Below, one piece after another: positions 19,079 to 28,175 of a DNA stretch of 64,000 nt (its first letter is position 1; every line of letters begins with the position of its first letter). The notes under the pieces are model-generated. The model was not told the origin of the DNA. It searched no databases and was given only the letters and a program-made list of their open reading frames with translations. The DNA is from a virus (lineage: Duplodnaviria; Caudoviricetes). The stretch is taken from the IMG/VR virus record IMGVR_UViG_3300046463_000579, positions 943 through 64,942 of that record; one strand, given 5' to 3'. Both the position numbers and the translations under genes were made by a program.

Positions 19079-19479
19079 AGGGCAAGCACATCGAATGCAT
19101 CGACAATTACGTCAAGGTGCACATCAACGGGATTAACGAGCGGTATGCCGGGGTGATGGCCGGCAAGATCTCGGGCCCGGTTGCGCAGGCGATCGATCTC
19201 GAGTCGACCAACCAGCTCGCCGAAGCGCTCGGCGCGCGCGAGGACGCGGAGCGCATCGCAGAGCAGGCGCACGCGCAACTCTACATTCACCTGCCGAAGG
19301 ATCTGCCGGATACCCCGGCCGTGCTGAAGGGCGTGTGCGCGATCCTCACGCTCGAGGCCTATGCCGTCTTGAAAGATCTCGCGCTCTCGGGCGATACGGA
19401 CGGCGCGAAAACCGCCTTCGAAGCGCTCGCCGACAAGTACTCGGATCTCTTCACCTGTAAGATCGCGCTGCTGCACTGA
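19075..19479 (+). CDS. Hypothetical protein (immunity-like, paralog 2)
   Basis: DT.AV...CA.L.LE.Y.V...L...G...LF shared with the preceding gene. Confidence 0.6.
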   Translation: MKGKHIECIDNYVKVHINGINERYAGVMAGKISGPVAQAIDLESTNQLAEALGAREDAERIAEQAHAQLYIHLPKDLPDTPAVLKGVCAILTLEAYAVLKDLALSGDTDGAKTAFEALADKYSDLFTCKIALLH

Positions 19480-19650
19480 CGCTGTTTTGCCGTGATCGGT
19501 TGCACATTTCGATCGATCACGGCTAAGATACGCGGCAATTCTTCATTTCCCCCCTTCGGACACACCTGAGATAAGCCCGCAGCACAGCCTCGCCCCCTTG
19601 GCGAACCCGGCGTGCTTGCATCCCACGGCTCATTTCCCCGAAGGGTTCCC

Positions 19651-20046
19651 TTGGAACAGATCGGCATTACCTTTGCGTTTGCGAAAGCAGACAACGAAGG
19701 CCGCTATGTGCGCGGCTGGGCTTCTGTCGTCTCTAAGGACGGCGAGCCCGTAGAGGATTGGCAGGGCGACGTGATCCACATCGAGGATCTGCGCACTGCC
19801 GCTCATCAATTCATCACCGACACCCGCGTCGCGAAAGCGATGCACAACGGCTCGCAGATCGGCGAAGTCGTTGAATCCCTCATCGTTGACGACGAAGTAG
19901 CCAAAGCGCTCGGCATCACGGACCCCCGCCGCGGGTGGTTCGTGGGCATGCACGTCCATTCCCCCGAAATCCAAAAGCGCGTCCGCAGCGGAGAGCTCAC
20001 GGCTTTCTCGATCGGCGGGCGCGGTACGCGCAAAGAGATCGCCTGA
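19651..20046 (+). CDS. XkdF-like prohead serine protease domain
   Basis: VRGWASV...DWQGDVI...AAHQF...AMH...IGEVVES...GWFVG...GELTAFSIGG. Confidence 0.85.
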   Translation: MEQIGITFAFAKADNEGRYVRGWASVVSKDGEPVEDWQGDVIHIEDLRTAAHQFITDTRVAKAMHNGSQIGEVVESLIVDDEVAKALGITDPRRGWFVGMHVHSPEIQKRVRSGELTAFSIGGRGTRKEIA

Positions 20047-21050
20047 TGCCGAAGCAACTTACGAACCTCGTGCTCGAAGAGCTCTCGCTCGTCGACGAAG
20101 GCGCGAATGAAGAATCGCGCGTGCTGATCGCCAAGCGCAAGCCCGAAGAGATGGATCCGAAGACCGGCAAGCCGAAGAAACCCGGCTCGATGCTCGGCAC
20201 CAGCTCGAGCCCGGGCGTGATCAACGGCGACCCGGCAACCAGCACCCCGAACGCAGGCGCAGACGCAGGCGCGGCCGTCGCAAAGGCGCGGCTCGCGATG
20301 CTTCAGCACCTCCCCGATTTTGCAGATCAATTGATCGCGAAAGCTCTGGCAGCGAGCCCCGCTGCCGACCAGAACGCAGCCGCATTGGCTGCGGCTTCCA
20401 TCACGGAGATTTTCATGGACTTGGCACAACTGTCCGCCGCTCTCGAGAAAGCCGAAGCCGATAACGCAGTGCACAAAGCACGTGCGGACGCGGCCGAAGC
20501 ACTCGTGAAATCGCACGAAACCACGATCGCAAAGATGAAGGGCGACCTCGAGGAAGTGCAGAAGGGCCGCGGCCTGACCGACGAACAGCAAGACGAGCAG
20601 TTCCTCAAGGGCCTGCCCGAAGGCGTGCGCAATCGCATCGTCGCCGATCGCGCAGCAACGAAGCTGGCGCTCGAGTCGGTCGAGAAGATGCGCAGCGAGA
20701 AGGAAGAAGGCGAAGCGATCGCGAAGGCCCGCACGCTGGGCGTGGCGGAACCGGAAAGGGCCGGCCCGCTGCTCGTTCGCGTCGCCAAGGGCATGACCAC
20801 GGCTGATGACGTGGCAACGATCGAAACGATCCTGAAGGCCGCGGGCGCGCAAGCGACCGAAGGTGGCCTGTTCCGCGCGCACGGCACGAATGCCGGTGCG
20901 CACGTCGATGGCACCGATCCGGAAGCCGCGCTGAACGCAGCGGCAACCGAAATCGCCAAGTCGAAGGGCCTCTCGCACGCGAAGGCCTACGAGCTGGCGA
21001 TGAAGGAAAACCCGGGCCTGTATCAGGCCTACATCGCAAAGCGCCGCTAA
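20046..21050 (+). CDS. Capsid scaffolding protein with N-terminal ELSLVDxGAN motif
   Basis: TGATG-coupled to the protease; long coiled coil; precedes capsid genes. Confidence 0.75.
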   Translation: MPKQLTNLVLEELSLVDEGANEESRVLIAKRKPEEMDPKTGKPKKPGSMLGTSSSPGVINGDPATSTPNAGADAGAAVAKARLAMLQHLPDFADQLIAKALAASPAADQNAAALAAASITEIFMDLAQLSAALEKAEADNAVHKARADAAEALVKSHETTIAKMKGDLEEVQKGRGLTDEQQDEQFLKGLPEGVRNRIVADRAATKLALESVEKMRSEKEEGEAIAKARTLGVAEPERAGPLLVRVAKGMTTADDVATIETILKAAGAQATEGGLFRAHGTNAGAHVDGTDPEAALNAAATEIAKSKGLSHAKAYELAMKENPGLYQAYIAKRR

Positions 21051-21121
21051 CCGGCCTCTGTTGAAACCCTGTCGCGGCGCCTTCGGGCGTCGCTTTTGAA
21101 CGCTCAATTTTCGGAGTTTCT

Positions 21122-21487
21122 ATGAGCTGGGAACAAGACATTAAGTCGATCTCGCGCACCGCTGCGGTCGATCTGTCGGCGCTGCGCAATCGCTTCGTCT
21201 CGCAAAACAACCTCGGGCAAGTGCAGCCCACGGCCGCAGGCGCCAAGGCGCTCGGCGTGAACCGCACGAACCCGCTGGCCGGAAACATCTGCACGGTGGC
21301 GTACGCCGGCGTGCTGAAGGTCCAGGTCGGCGCAACGGCCGTCACGGCAGGCGATCAGGTGGCGGCAGCAGCGGGCGGCTTGGCCGTCACCGCAGCGACC
21401 GGCAACGTGATCAACGGCGAAGCGCTCGATTCGGGCAACCCCGGCGACGTTATCCCGGTGCTGCTCTTCACCGGCGGTAAGGCTTAA
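21122..21487 (+). CDS. Head decoration/capsid cement protein
   Basis: Small A/G/V-rich beta protein between scaffold and MCP. Confidence 0.75.
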   Translation: MSWEQDIKSISRTAAVDLSALRNRFVSQNNLGQVQPTAAGAKALGVNRTNPLAGNICTVAYAGVLKVQVGATAVTAGDQVAAAAGGLAVTAATGNVINGEALDSGNPGDVIPVLLFTGGKA

Positions 21488-21533
21488 AGCCCCGCAGAGC
21501 AAACCCATTCCGCAATTTTAGGAGAGCAGCAAC

Positions 21534-22517
21534 ATGAATCCGACTCCGGGCGACGTTCACGTCAATACCCCGCTCACGAACATTTCGATCGCGTATATCC
21601 AAGACGCATCGGCGTTCGTGGCCTCGCAAGTGTTTCCGAACATTCCCGTTTCGAAGCAAAGCGATCGTTACTACACGTACGACCGCGGCGAATTCAACCG
21701 GGACGAAATGCAGGAACGCGCACCTGCAACCGAATCGGCCGGCGGCGGCTACAACGTGGACAACACGCCCACGTATTTCGCCCCGCGCTACTCGTTCCAC
21801 CGCGACGTGCCGGATGAAGTGCGCGCGAACGCCGACGCGGTGCTCAACGTCGACAGCGAGGCAACGATCTACGTCACGCAAAAGGCGCTGATCAAGAAAG
21901 AGAAGCTGTTCACCGCGAAGTATCTGAAGTCGGGCGTGTGGACGCACGATTACTCGGGCGTGGCTTCGGCACCGGGCGCGAATCAGGTGGTCAAGTGGAG
22001 CTCGGCGAGCTCGACGCCGATCGAAAACATCCGTATGGCGAAGCGCACGATCCGCCAAGACACCGGCTACGAGCCGAACACGCTTGTGCTGGGCCGCGTG
22101 GTGTACGACGCGCTGCTCGATCACCCGGAAATCATCGACCGCGTGAAGTACGGCCAAACGGCCGGCGCCCCGGCTGATGTGAACGACGCCGACCTGGCGA
22201 AGCTCTTCAAGGTGCAGCGCATCCTCGTGATGAACGCGATCGAGAACACCGCGAAGGAAGGGCAGGCTCCGAGTCACCAGTTCATCGGTGGCGCAAGCGC
22301 ACTGCTGTGCTACAGCACGCCGACGCCGGGCCTGATGACCCCGACCGCGGGTTACACGTTCTCGTGGACCGGCCTGCTGGGCTCGGGCGCAGACGGCGCG
22401 CGGATCCGCTCGTTCCGCATGGAAGCGATCGGCGCGGATCGCGTGGAAATCGATATGTCGTTCGCCTGCCAGCTCGTCGGCGCCGACCTCGGTTTCTACT
22501 TCGGCGCGATCGCCTAA
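21534..22517 (+). CDS. Major capsid protein
   Basis: VNTPLTNISIAYIQ...FVASQVFPNIPVSKQS...PNTLVLG; strong AGGAG RBS. Confidence 0.9.
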   Translation: MNPTPGDVHVNTPLTNISIAYIQDASAFVASQVFPNIPVSKQSDRYYTYDRGEFNRDEMQERAPATESAGGGYNVDNTPTYFAPRYSFHRDVPDEVRANADAVLNVDSEATIYVTQKALIKKEKLFTAKYLKSGVWTHDYSGVASAPGANQVVKWSSASSTPIENIRMAKRTIRQDTGYEPNTLVLGRVVYDALLDHPEIIDRVKYGQTAGAPADVNDADLAKLFKVQRILVMNAIENTAKEGQAPSHQFIGGASALLCYSTPTPGLMTPTAGYTFSWTGLLGSGADGARIRSFRMEAIGADRVEIDMSFACQLVGADLGFYFGAIA

Positions 22518-22537
22518 GCGGCAGCGCCACGGCGCAA

Positions 22538-22573
22538 AAGGCGGCACGGGCACCCCTCGTGCCGCCTTTTTTT
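22538..22573 (+). terminator. Terminator after MCP
   Basis: AAGGCGGCACG...CGTGCCGCCTTTTTTT. Confidence 0.8.
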
Positions 22574-22596
22574 CACCCCTTCAAGGAACTCCCCAC

Positions 22597-23037
22597 ATGC
22601 CACGCACCAAGTACGACCGTATTCCGTTTTCCACCCTCTTCCAATTCGTCGTGATCAAGGCCTTCGAGCTCGAGGCCGAAAAGCTGCGCGCCGGCGACGT
22701 GATCGATCGCGAGGACGTGACGAACGAGCGCCTGTTCCGCCAGCTTCACGAGGGCCGCTTCATCGACGTTCGCACCGATGCAGACGGCAATCCGATCGTG
22801 ATCGGCACGGCCGAAAAGCCGGCCCGCCAGCCGGCTCCCGAACCCTCGCCCGATGCAAACCTCGAGCAGGCGGTCGCGAGCGGCGACACGGCCCCCGTAG
22901 GCGGTGGGCTCGAGGCTCGGCACGAAGGCTTCGGCAAGTGGTTCGTGTTCGCCGGCGAAGTGAAGGTAAGCGGCCCGCACTCGAAGGACGAAGCACTGAA
23001 GAAGGCCGGCGCGAAGCCGGCGAAAAAGGCCGCGTAA
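22597..23037 (+). CDS. Hypothetical head-associated protein
   Basis: AAGGA RBS; position after MCP. Confidence 0.6.
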   Translation: MPRTKYDRIPFSTLFQFVVIKAFELEAEKLRAGDVIDREDVTNERLFRQLHEGRFIDVRTDADGNPIVIGTAEKPARQPAPEPSPDANLEQAVASGDTAPVGGGLEARHEGFGKWFVFAGEVKVSGPHSKDEALKKAGAKPAKKAA

Positions 23038-23049
23038 CAGGGGAACCGC

Positions 23050-23664
23050 ATGGGTATCTTTAGCACCGCCCTCGTCGTCGAAGATGGCACCGGCATCGCC
23101 GGCGCCGACAGCTACATCGGCGTCGATGATCTGAAGCAGTACTGCGCCAACGTGGGCTATGCGATCGATGCCAGCTCGAGCGACGAGTACCTCGCCACGC
23201 GCCTGCGTGCGGCGACCAACTGGATCGATACCGCGTTTCGCTACAAGGGCACGCGCATCACCGCGGCGCAGTCGCTCGAGTTTCCGCGCGCAGGCCTGCT
23301 CGATTGGAGCTCGCAGCCGGTGACAGGCGTGCCGCTGCGCGTGGCGAAGGCGTGCGCAGAGCTCGCCTTCAAGGCGATCGCGGACGTGGATCTCTTTCAG
23401 GATCTCGAGCGCGGCGGGATGATCCACAGCGAAACGGTCGGACCGATCTCCACCACGTACGCGGAGAGCGCGCCGGCGCAGAAGGTGTATCAGCAGGCCA
23501 CGGCGTTCCTCGAGCAGTACGTGCGCGACAAGGACTACATGCTTGCGGCGCCCCAGCTCGCGGGGCCGGTGGCCGAAGATCCGGTACCGCCGTCCTACTT
23601 CCACAACGATATGCAGCACAACCCGGGCAGCAACACGGGCGGCGCTGAAGATCTCGCTGAGTGA
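23050..23664 (+). CDS. Head-tail adaptor (DnaT-like ssDNA-binding family)
   Basis: LVVEDGTG..GADSY...RYKGTR...QSLEFPR...VAKACAELA...ETVGPISTTY. Confidence 0.85.
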   Translation: MGIFSTALVVEDGTGIAGADSYIGVDDLKQYCANVGYAIDASSSDEYLATRLRAATNWIDTAFRYKGTRITAAQSLEFPRAGLLDWSSQPVTGVPLRVAKACAELAFKAIADVDLFQDLERGGMIHSETVGPISTTYAESAPAQKVYQQATAFLEQYVRDKDYMLAAPQLAGPVAEDPVPPSYFHNDMQHNPGSNTGGAEDLAE

Positions 23665-23672
23665 GGTAGGCC

Positions 23673-24047
23673 GTGGGTAAGTACGACAGCCAAGCGGCGA
23701 CCGCGCTGCGGATCCTGACGAAGAAAGGCGGCCTGATCACCATCGAGCGCGAGCGGCCCGCCTCGATGGATCCGGTCACGCGCCGCGAGGTGCCGGCCGA
23801 TGCCACGACGCGCACCTTCGCGTGCCTGAAGCTGCCCGCGGGCTCGTCGCTCGCGCTCGTGCCGCAAACCCTGCGCGAAAAGATCGAGGTCGAGCTGCAC
23901 CTCTCGCAACAAGGCGTGCGCGATTTCGAGCCGGCCCCGGGCGACGTGGCCGTGGTGGGCGCGGTGCGGTACCGCATCCTCTGGTCGCGCACCTACGATC
24001 CGGCCAGCGACGGCGCCGTGTACACCCTCGCCTACGGGGCGCGCTGA
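23673..24047 (+). CDS. Head closure/stopper protein
   Basis: Synteny; size; EPAPGDV motif. Confidence 0.65.
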   Translation: MGKYDSQAATALRILTKKGGLITIERERPASMDPVTRREVPADATTRTFACLKLPAGSSLALVPQTLREKIEVELHLSQQGVRDFEPAPGDVAVVGAVRYRILWSRTYDPASDGAVYTLAYGAR

Positions 24048-24493
24048 TGGCGAGCTCGGGCGAAAAATTCCGTATGGCGATGGGGAAATGGGCGAGCAAG
24101 TCGCAGGCCCAGCTCGACGCCCTCGCGCGCCAAACCACGCAGGAGGTGGCGAAGGCCGTGGTGCTCGCCACGCCGGTCGACACTGGCTTTCTGCGCGGCT
24201 CGTGGCAACCCTCGGTGGGCGCTGTCCAGGTCGCCGATTCCGCGAGCGTCGGGCTCGACGCCGGCGGCGCCGCGGCTATCTCGCAGATCTCGCTCGCGGT
24301 GGCCGGCATGAAAACGGGCGACGTGTTCCACATGCGCAATAACGCCGCGTACGCGCGCCGGCTCGAGTACGGCTTCGTCGGGCAGGACTCGCTCGGGCGC
24401 ACGTACAACCAAGCCGGCCGGTATTACGTGAGCGACACCATCAAGTCGTGGCCGCAGATCGTCGCGCGCGTGGCGAAGGATCTGAAGCTGTGA
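24047..24493 (+). CDS. HK97 gp10-like neck/tail completion protein
   Basis: TPVDTGFLRGSW...NNAAYARRLEYG. Confidence 0.85.
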   Translation: MASSGEKFRMAMGKWASKSQAQLDALARQTTQEVAKAVVLATPVDTGFLRGSWQPSVGAVQVADSASVGLDAGGAAAISQISLAVAGMKTGDVFHMRNNAAYARRLEYGFVGQDSLGRTYNQAGRYYVSDTIKSWPQIVARVAKDLKL

Positions 24494-24957
24494 TGCGCCG
24501 CTCGCCCATGAAACGCAGCACGCCGCTCGCGCGCTCGGCGCCGATCGCGCGCAGCTCGAGCTCGAGCTCGTCGCTGAAGAGCGCCGGCTTCAAAAAGAAG
24601 CGCGGCAGGGCCAAGCGCCCCGCCGGCTATGCCGACGCGAAGATGCGCAACGCCTGCGCCGGCCAGCCCTGTTATCTGCGCTATCCGGGCGTGTGCTGCG
24701 GCGATCACCTCACGGTGGTGCCCGCGCATTCGAACGAGGGCGCGCACGGCAAGGGCGGCGCCCTGAAGGCGCGCGATCGCTTCACGCTGCCCGCCTGCCA
24801 CACGTGCCATTACGAACACGATCAGGGCAAGCGCTTCGACTACGAATACAAGTGCGCGCGGTGGCGTGCGGCTTACCGCGAATGGACGCCCGCGCGCGCG
24901 CGCCTGCTGGGGCACGAGCTCGAGGCTGAAGACGCTGAATTTACGGAGATCCTATGA
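24493..24957 (+). CDS. DUF1364/YbcO-like putative nuclease
   Basis: C.GQPCYLRYPGVC...TVVPAHSN...GKG...PACHTCH..HD. Confidence 0.8.
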   Translation: MRRSPMKRSTPLARSAPIARSSSSSSSLKSAGFKKKRGRAKRPAGYADAKMRNACAGQPCYLRYPGVCCGDHLTVVPAHSNEGAHGKGGALKARDRFTLPACHTCHYEHDQGKRFDYEYKCARWRAAYREWTPARARLLGHELEAEDAEFTEIL

Positions 24958-25610
24958 GCGGCGCCGCCCTCTTTCATGATCAATTACGCTCTGCCGTGCG
25001 CGCGCGCCTGCTCGAGCTCGTGAAGTGCTCGAGCGGCCCCCTCGAGGGCGTGATCGCCGCCGGCAAGTCGTTCACGCGCGTGGACGGCGGCAGCTTCTTC
25101 GCCGATGGCTTCACCCCGGGCGACGAGATCACCGCAAGCGGCATCGATGGCGTGATGTATGTCCGCGGGGTGCAAGATGCGCAACTCACCGTGGATCGCT
25201 TGCCCGCGTCGGTCGCGGGTGGCATGATTTCGCCCGTGACGTTTTCTTGTGGCCTGCCGATCGGCATGGCGTGGGAAGACGTGATTTTCTCCCCTGTTGA
25301 CGGCCAGCCTTACATAGCTGAGAGCATCCGGCCGATCTCTTCCGTAGTGCGCGGCCTCGGCAAAGGTGGCCTGCAAGCGCACACGGTCTCCGCGAATTTT
25401 GTTGTGAACTATCCGGCCACGGTCGGCGCTCGAGGCGCTGAACTGATGGCCGGTGCAATGCTGGATCTCTTCGAGCCCGGAAGCCAGCTTGTGTATGGAT
25501 CCTCGTCGGGCACTGTGACTGCCGCAGAGCGCAAGCCGCTCTTGCTCAATGCTGATTTCATCGGCGTCCCGGTGCTGATAACCCTTGTCGGTTACACCGC
25601 GCGTATCTGA
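24954..25610 (+). CDS. Tail terminator-like protein with inserted beta domain
   Basis: Synteny before the tail tube; AWEDVIFSPVDGQPYI motif. Confidence 0.6.
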   Translation: MSGAALFHDQLRSAVRARLLELVKCSSGPLEGVIAAGKSFTRVDGGSFFADGFTPGDEITASGIDGVMYVRGVQDAQLTVDRLPASVAGGMISPVTFSCGLPIGMAWEDVIFSPVDGQPYIAESIRPISSVVRGLGKGGLQAHTVSANFVVNYPATVGARGAELMAGAMLDLFEPGSQLVYGSSSGTVTAAERKPLLLNADFIGVPVLITLVGYTARI

Positions 25611-25634
25611 TCCATTTTTCACACACGAGGGGCT

Positions 25635-26843
25635 ATGTCCACCACTCAACAGGCAGTAACCGCATCGATAGCGTACGCGGCTGAAAGCACTTTCGGCGTG
25701 GCGGCATTGCCCGCAACCGGCAAGGCAATGCGCCGCGTGAGCTCGACGCTCGCGATCTCGAAAGACACCTTCAAATCGGCCGAAGTGCGCGCCGATCAGC
25801 AGGTTTCCGATATGCGCCACGGCCTGCACAAGGTCGGCGGCACGATCTCGGCAGAGCTCTCGACGCAATCCTTCGACGATCTGCTCGCCGCGCTGTGCCG
25901 CAGCTCGTGGCAGGCCGGCATCACCGCCAGTCAGACCGATTTCACCGGCGTCACCGCGAGCGCAGCCAGCAGCAAATTCACGAACGCTTCGGGCTCGTGG
26001 ATCACGAAGGGCTTCAAGGTCGGCGACGTGGTGCGCTTCACCGGCCTCACGCCGGACGGCAACAACAACAAGAATTTCCGCATCCTGTCGATGACGGCCG
26101 CGGATATCGCTGTTTTCCCGGCGCCGCTCGATATGGTCTCGCAGGCGAACTTCACGATCACGGTCGTGGGGAAGAAGCTGCTGATCGGCACGGATCAGCC
26201 GTCCTTCACGGTCGAGCAGAATTACACCGATGTGGACGTGAGCGAGCTCTTCACGGGCATGCGCGTCGACAAGGGGCAATTCAAGCTCCCCGTGAACGGC
26301 ATGGCGACGATCGATATCGATTTCGTGGGCCAAGACGGCAAGGTGCTCACCGGCGGCTCGGCGCCCTACTTCCCGAACCCGACCGCGGCCCCGAACACAG
26401 GCATCCTCGCCGGCCCTTCGGGCTCGATCGATATCGGCGGCACCTCGCAGGGCGTCGTGACGGCGTGCGATTTCATGATCGCGCACTCGTGCTCGGCGCC
26501 GGCGGTGGTGGGCTCGGTGATCTCGCCGAACATCTTCTACGGCCGAACCGAAATCAGCGGCACGATCGCGGCTTACCTTCAGGACGCGAGCCTGCTCAAT
26601 GCGTTCCTGATGGAATCCGAGATCGATATCGTCGTGCAGCTCGACGCGGCCCCGCCCGCTGATGGCAGCGCGCCGGACTTCCTGTGCTTCGGCTTCCACC
26701 GCGTGAAATTCACCGGCGCCACGAAAACGCTCGCCGGCGACGGTGGCGTGATCGTCACCCTCCCCTTCGAATCGCTGCTCGCGAACGCCACGAACGGCAA
26801 CGACGCTTCGTCGGTCGTGATCCAGCGCAGCAACGCGGCTTAA
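25635..26843 (+). CDS. Major tail (tube) protein
   Basis: AYAAESTFG...SAEVRADQQVSDMRHG...VGGTISAELS...SFTVEQNYTDV. Confidence 0.88.
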   Translation: MSTTQQAVTASIAYAAESTFGVAALPATGKAMRRVSSTLAISKDTFKSAEVRADQQVSDMRHGLHKVGGTISAELSTQSFDDLLAALCRSSWQAGITASQTDFTGVTASAASSKFTNASGSWITKGFKVGDVVRFTGLTPDGNNNKNFRILSMTAADIAVFPAPLDMVSQANFTITVVGKKLLIGTDQPSFTVEQNYTDVDVSELFTGMRVDKGQFKLPVNGMATIDIDFVGQDGKVLTGGSAPYFPNPTAAPNTGILAGPSGSIDIGGTSQGVVTACDFMIAHSCSAPAVVGSVISPNIFYGRTEISGTIAAYLQDASLLNAFLMESEIDIVVQLDAAPPADGSAPDFLCFGFHRVKFTGATKTLAGDGGVIVTLPFESLLANATNGNDASSVVIQRSNAA

Positions 26844-26908
26844 CGGCTACGCACCCGGCCGGCGCTCGTACAGGCCGGCCCCTCCCTATTCCTTCGCCTT
26901 AATCAGCC

Positions 26909-27352
26909 ATGAACGAACAAGACCTCGAGCTCGAGATCCAGAAGAAAGGCCTCAATGCGCCCCGCCTCACGCCCGACGATATCGACGCGGTGATCGCCGA
27001 CGAGCAATACCACGTGTTTCCCGGCACCACGCTCACCGTGTGCGCGCTCACGCTGAAGAACGGTTTTCAGGTGACCGGCGAAAGCGCGGCCGTGAGCTTC
27101 GGCAACTTCGACCCGGAAATCGGGCGCCAGGTCGCGCGCAAAAACGCCCGCGAAAAGATCTGGGCGCTCGAGGGCTACCTGCTCAAGCAACGGCTCAACT
27201 GCCCGCCGCAGGAGCTCGTCCGCGCGCGCAAAGCGGTCGAGAACGTGCGCCGCGCCTACTTCAATCGCAACCCGGCGAACACCCCGCTTGCGGCCGGCTT
27301 CAACGCGATTTTGAGCGAGCTGGACGGCAAGCCGACCACGTTCGTCGAGTAA
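26909..27352 (+). CDS. Gp49 (Phage_gp49_66)-family protein
   Basis: APRLTPDDIDAVI...TLTVCALTLKNGFQVTGESA.VS..NFDPEIG...IWALEGYLLKQ. Confidence 0.85.
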   Translation: MNEQDLELEIQKKGLNAPRLTPDDIDAVIADEQYHVFPGTTLTVCALTLKNGFQVTGESAAVSFGNFDPEIGRQVARKNAREKIWALEGYLLKQRLNCPPQELVRARKAVENVRRAYFNRNPANTPLAAGFNAILSELDGKPTTFVE

Positions 27353-27385
27353 CCCCTTCACCCCTTCACAGAACAGAGAAAGCAC

Positions 27386-27814
27386 ATGGACTTCGAATTT
27401 GATACCCGCGTCGACTCGGTTTCGCTTTCCGAAGCCGGCGTCGAGCTCGCGCTGAACGATGCGCGCGGCCTGCCGATGGTGAGCAAGGGCGGCGCCGTCT
27501 CGGTGACGGTGCTGGGCCCGGATGCGGCCGGCTACCGCACGGCGATCGAGAACGTGGCGCGGGCGCGCGCAGAGCGCGTCGAGAAGGCGAAAGCCGCCGG
27601 CGTGGAGTACTCCGACGCCCCGAACGAGAACGAGATCGCCGTGCTCACGGCCATCACGATCGCGTGGAAGAACGTGAACACGAGCGCGGGCGAGCCGGTG
27701 GAATTCTCCGCTGCGAACGTGCGCGCGCTGTACGCGTACCCGGTCGTGCGCGAGCAGGTTGATCGCTTCGTGTCGACCCGCGCAAATTTTTTGAAGGCGT
27801 CGTCGCCGGCCTGA
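27386..27814 (+). CDS. Tail assembly chaperone (G-like)
   Basis: Precedes TMP; ends REQVDRFVSTRANFL with a slippery site. Confidence 0.8.
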   Translation: MDFEFDTRVDSVSLSEAGVELALNDARGLPMVSKGGAVSVTVLGPDAAGYRTAIENVARARAERVEKAKAAGVEYSDAPNENEIAVLTAITIAWKNVNTSAGEPVEFSAANVRALYAYPVVREQVDRFVSTRANFLKASSPA

Positions 27815-28158
27815 TGGCCCATGCAGAGCACCACTTCGAGCGCGGGCGCTCGGCGGGCGGCGCAGCCGTCTCCGATCACCTCGCCTCGGTGGCGCGGCAG
27901 CTCGGCAAGCCCATACAGGCGATCGCCGCTGCACCCCCTGAATTACCCCTCGGAGCCCGCCATATTTGGCGGGCTTTTTTGGAGCTGCATCGAACGCGCA
28001 GCGGCGGATTCGGCCCCGGGCCGATCACGTACGCGGAGATCGACGCATGGCAGCGAACTATGTGCCTTCGCCTGCTGCCGTGGGAGATCTTCGCGCTGCG
28101 CCGGGTGGACGACGCCTTTCTCGAATCGACCATGAAACAGCCGGAAACGGTGAAGTGA
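27814..28158 (+). CDS. Tail assembly chaperone T-part (-1 frameshift extension)
   Basis: IWRAFLELHRTR..GFGPGPITYAEIDAW; in the -1 frame from T TTT TTG at 27787-27793. Confidence 0.8.
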   Translation: MAHAEHHFERGRSAGGAAVSDHLASVARQLGKPIQAIAAAPPELPLGARHIWRAFLELHRTRSGGFGPGPITYAEIDAWQRTMCLRLLPWEIFALRRVDDAFLESTMKQPETVK

Positions 28159-28175
28159 TCTAGGAGTGTTGTTAG

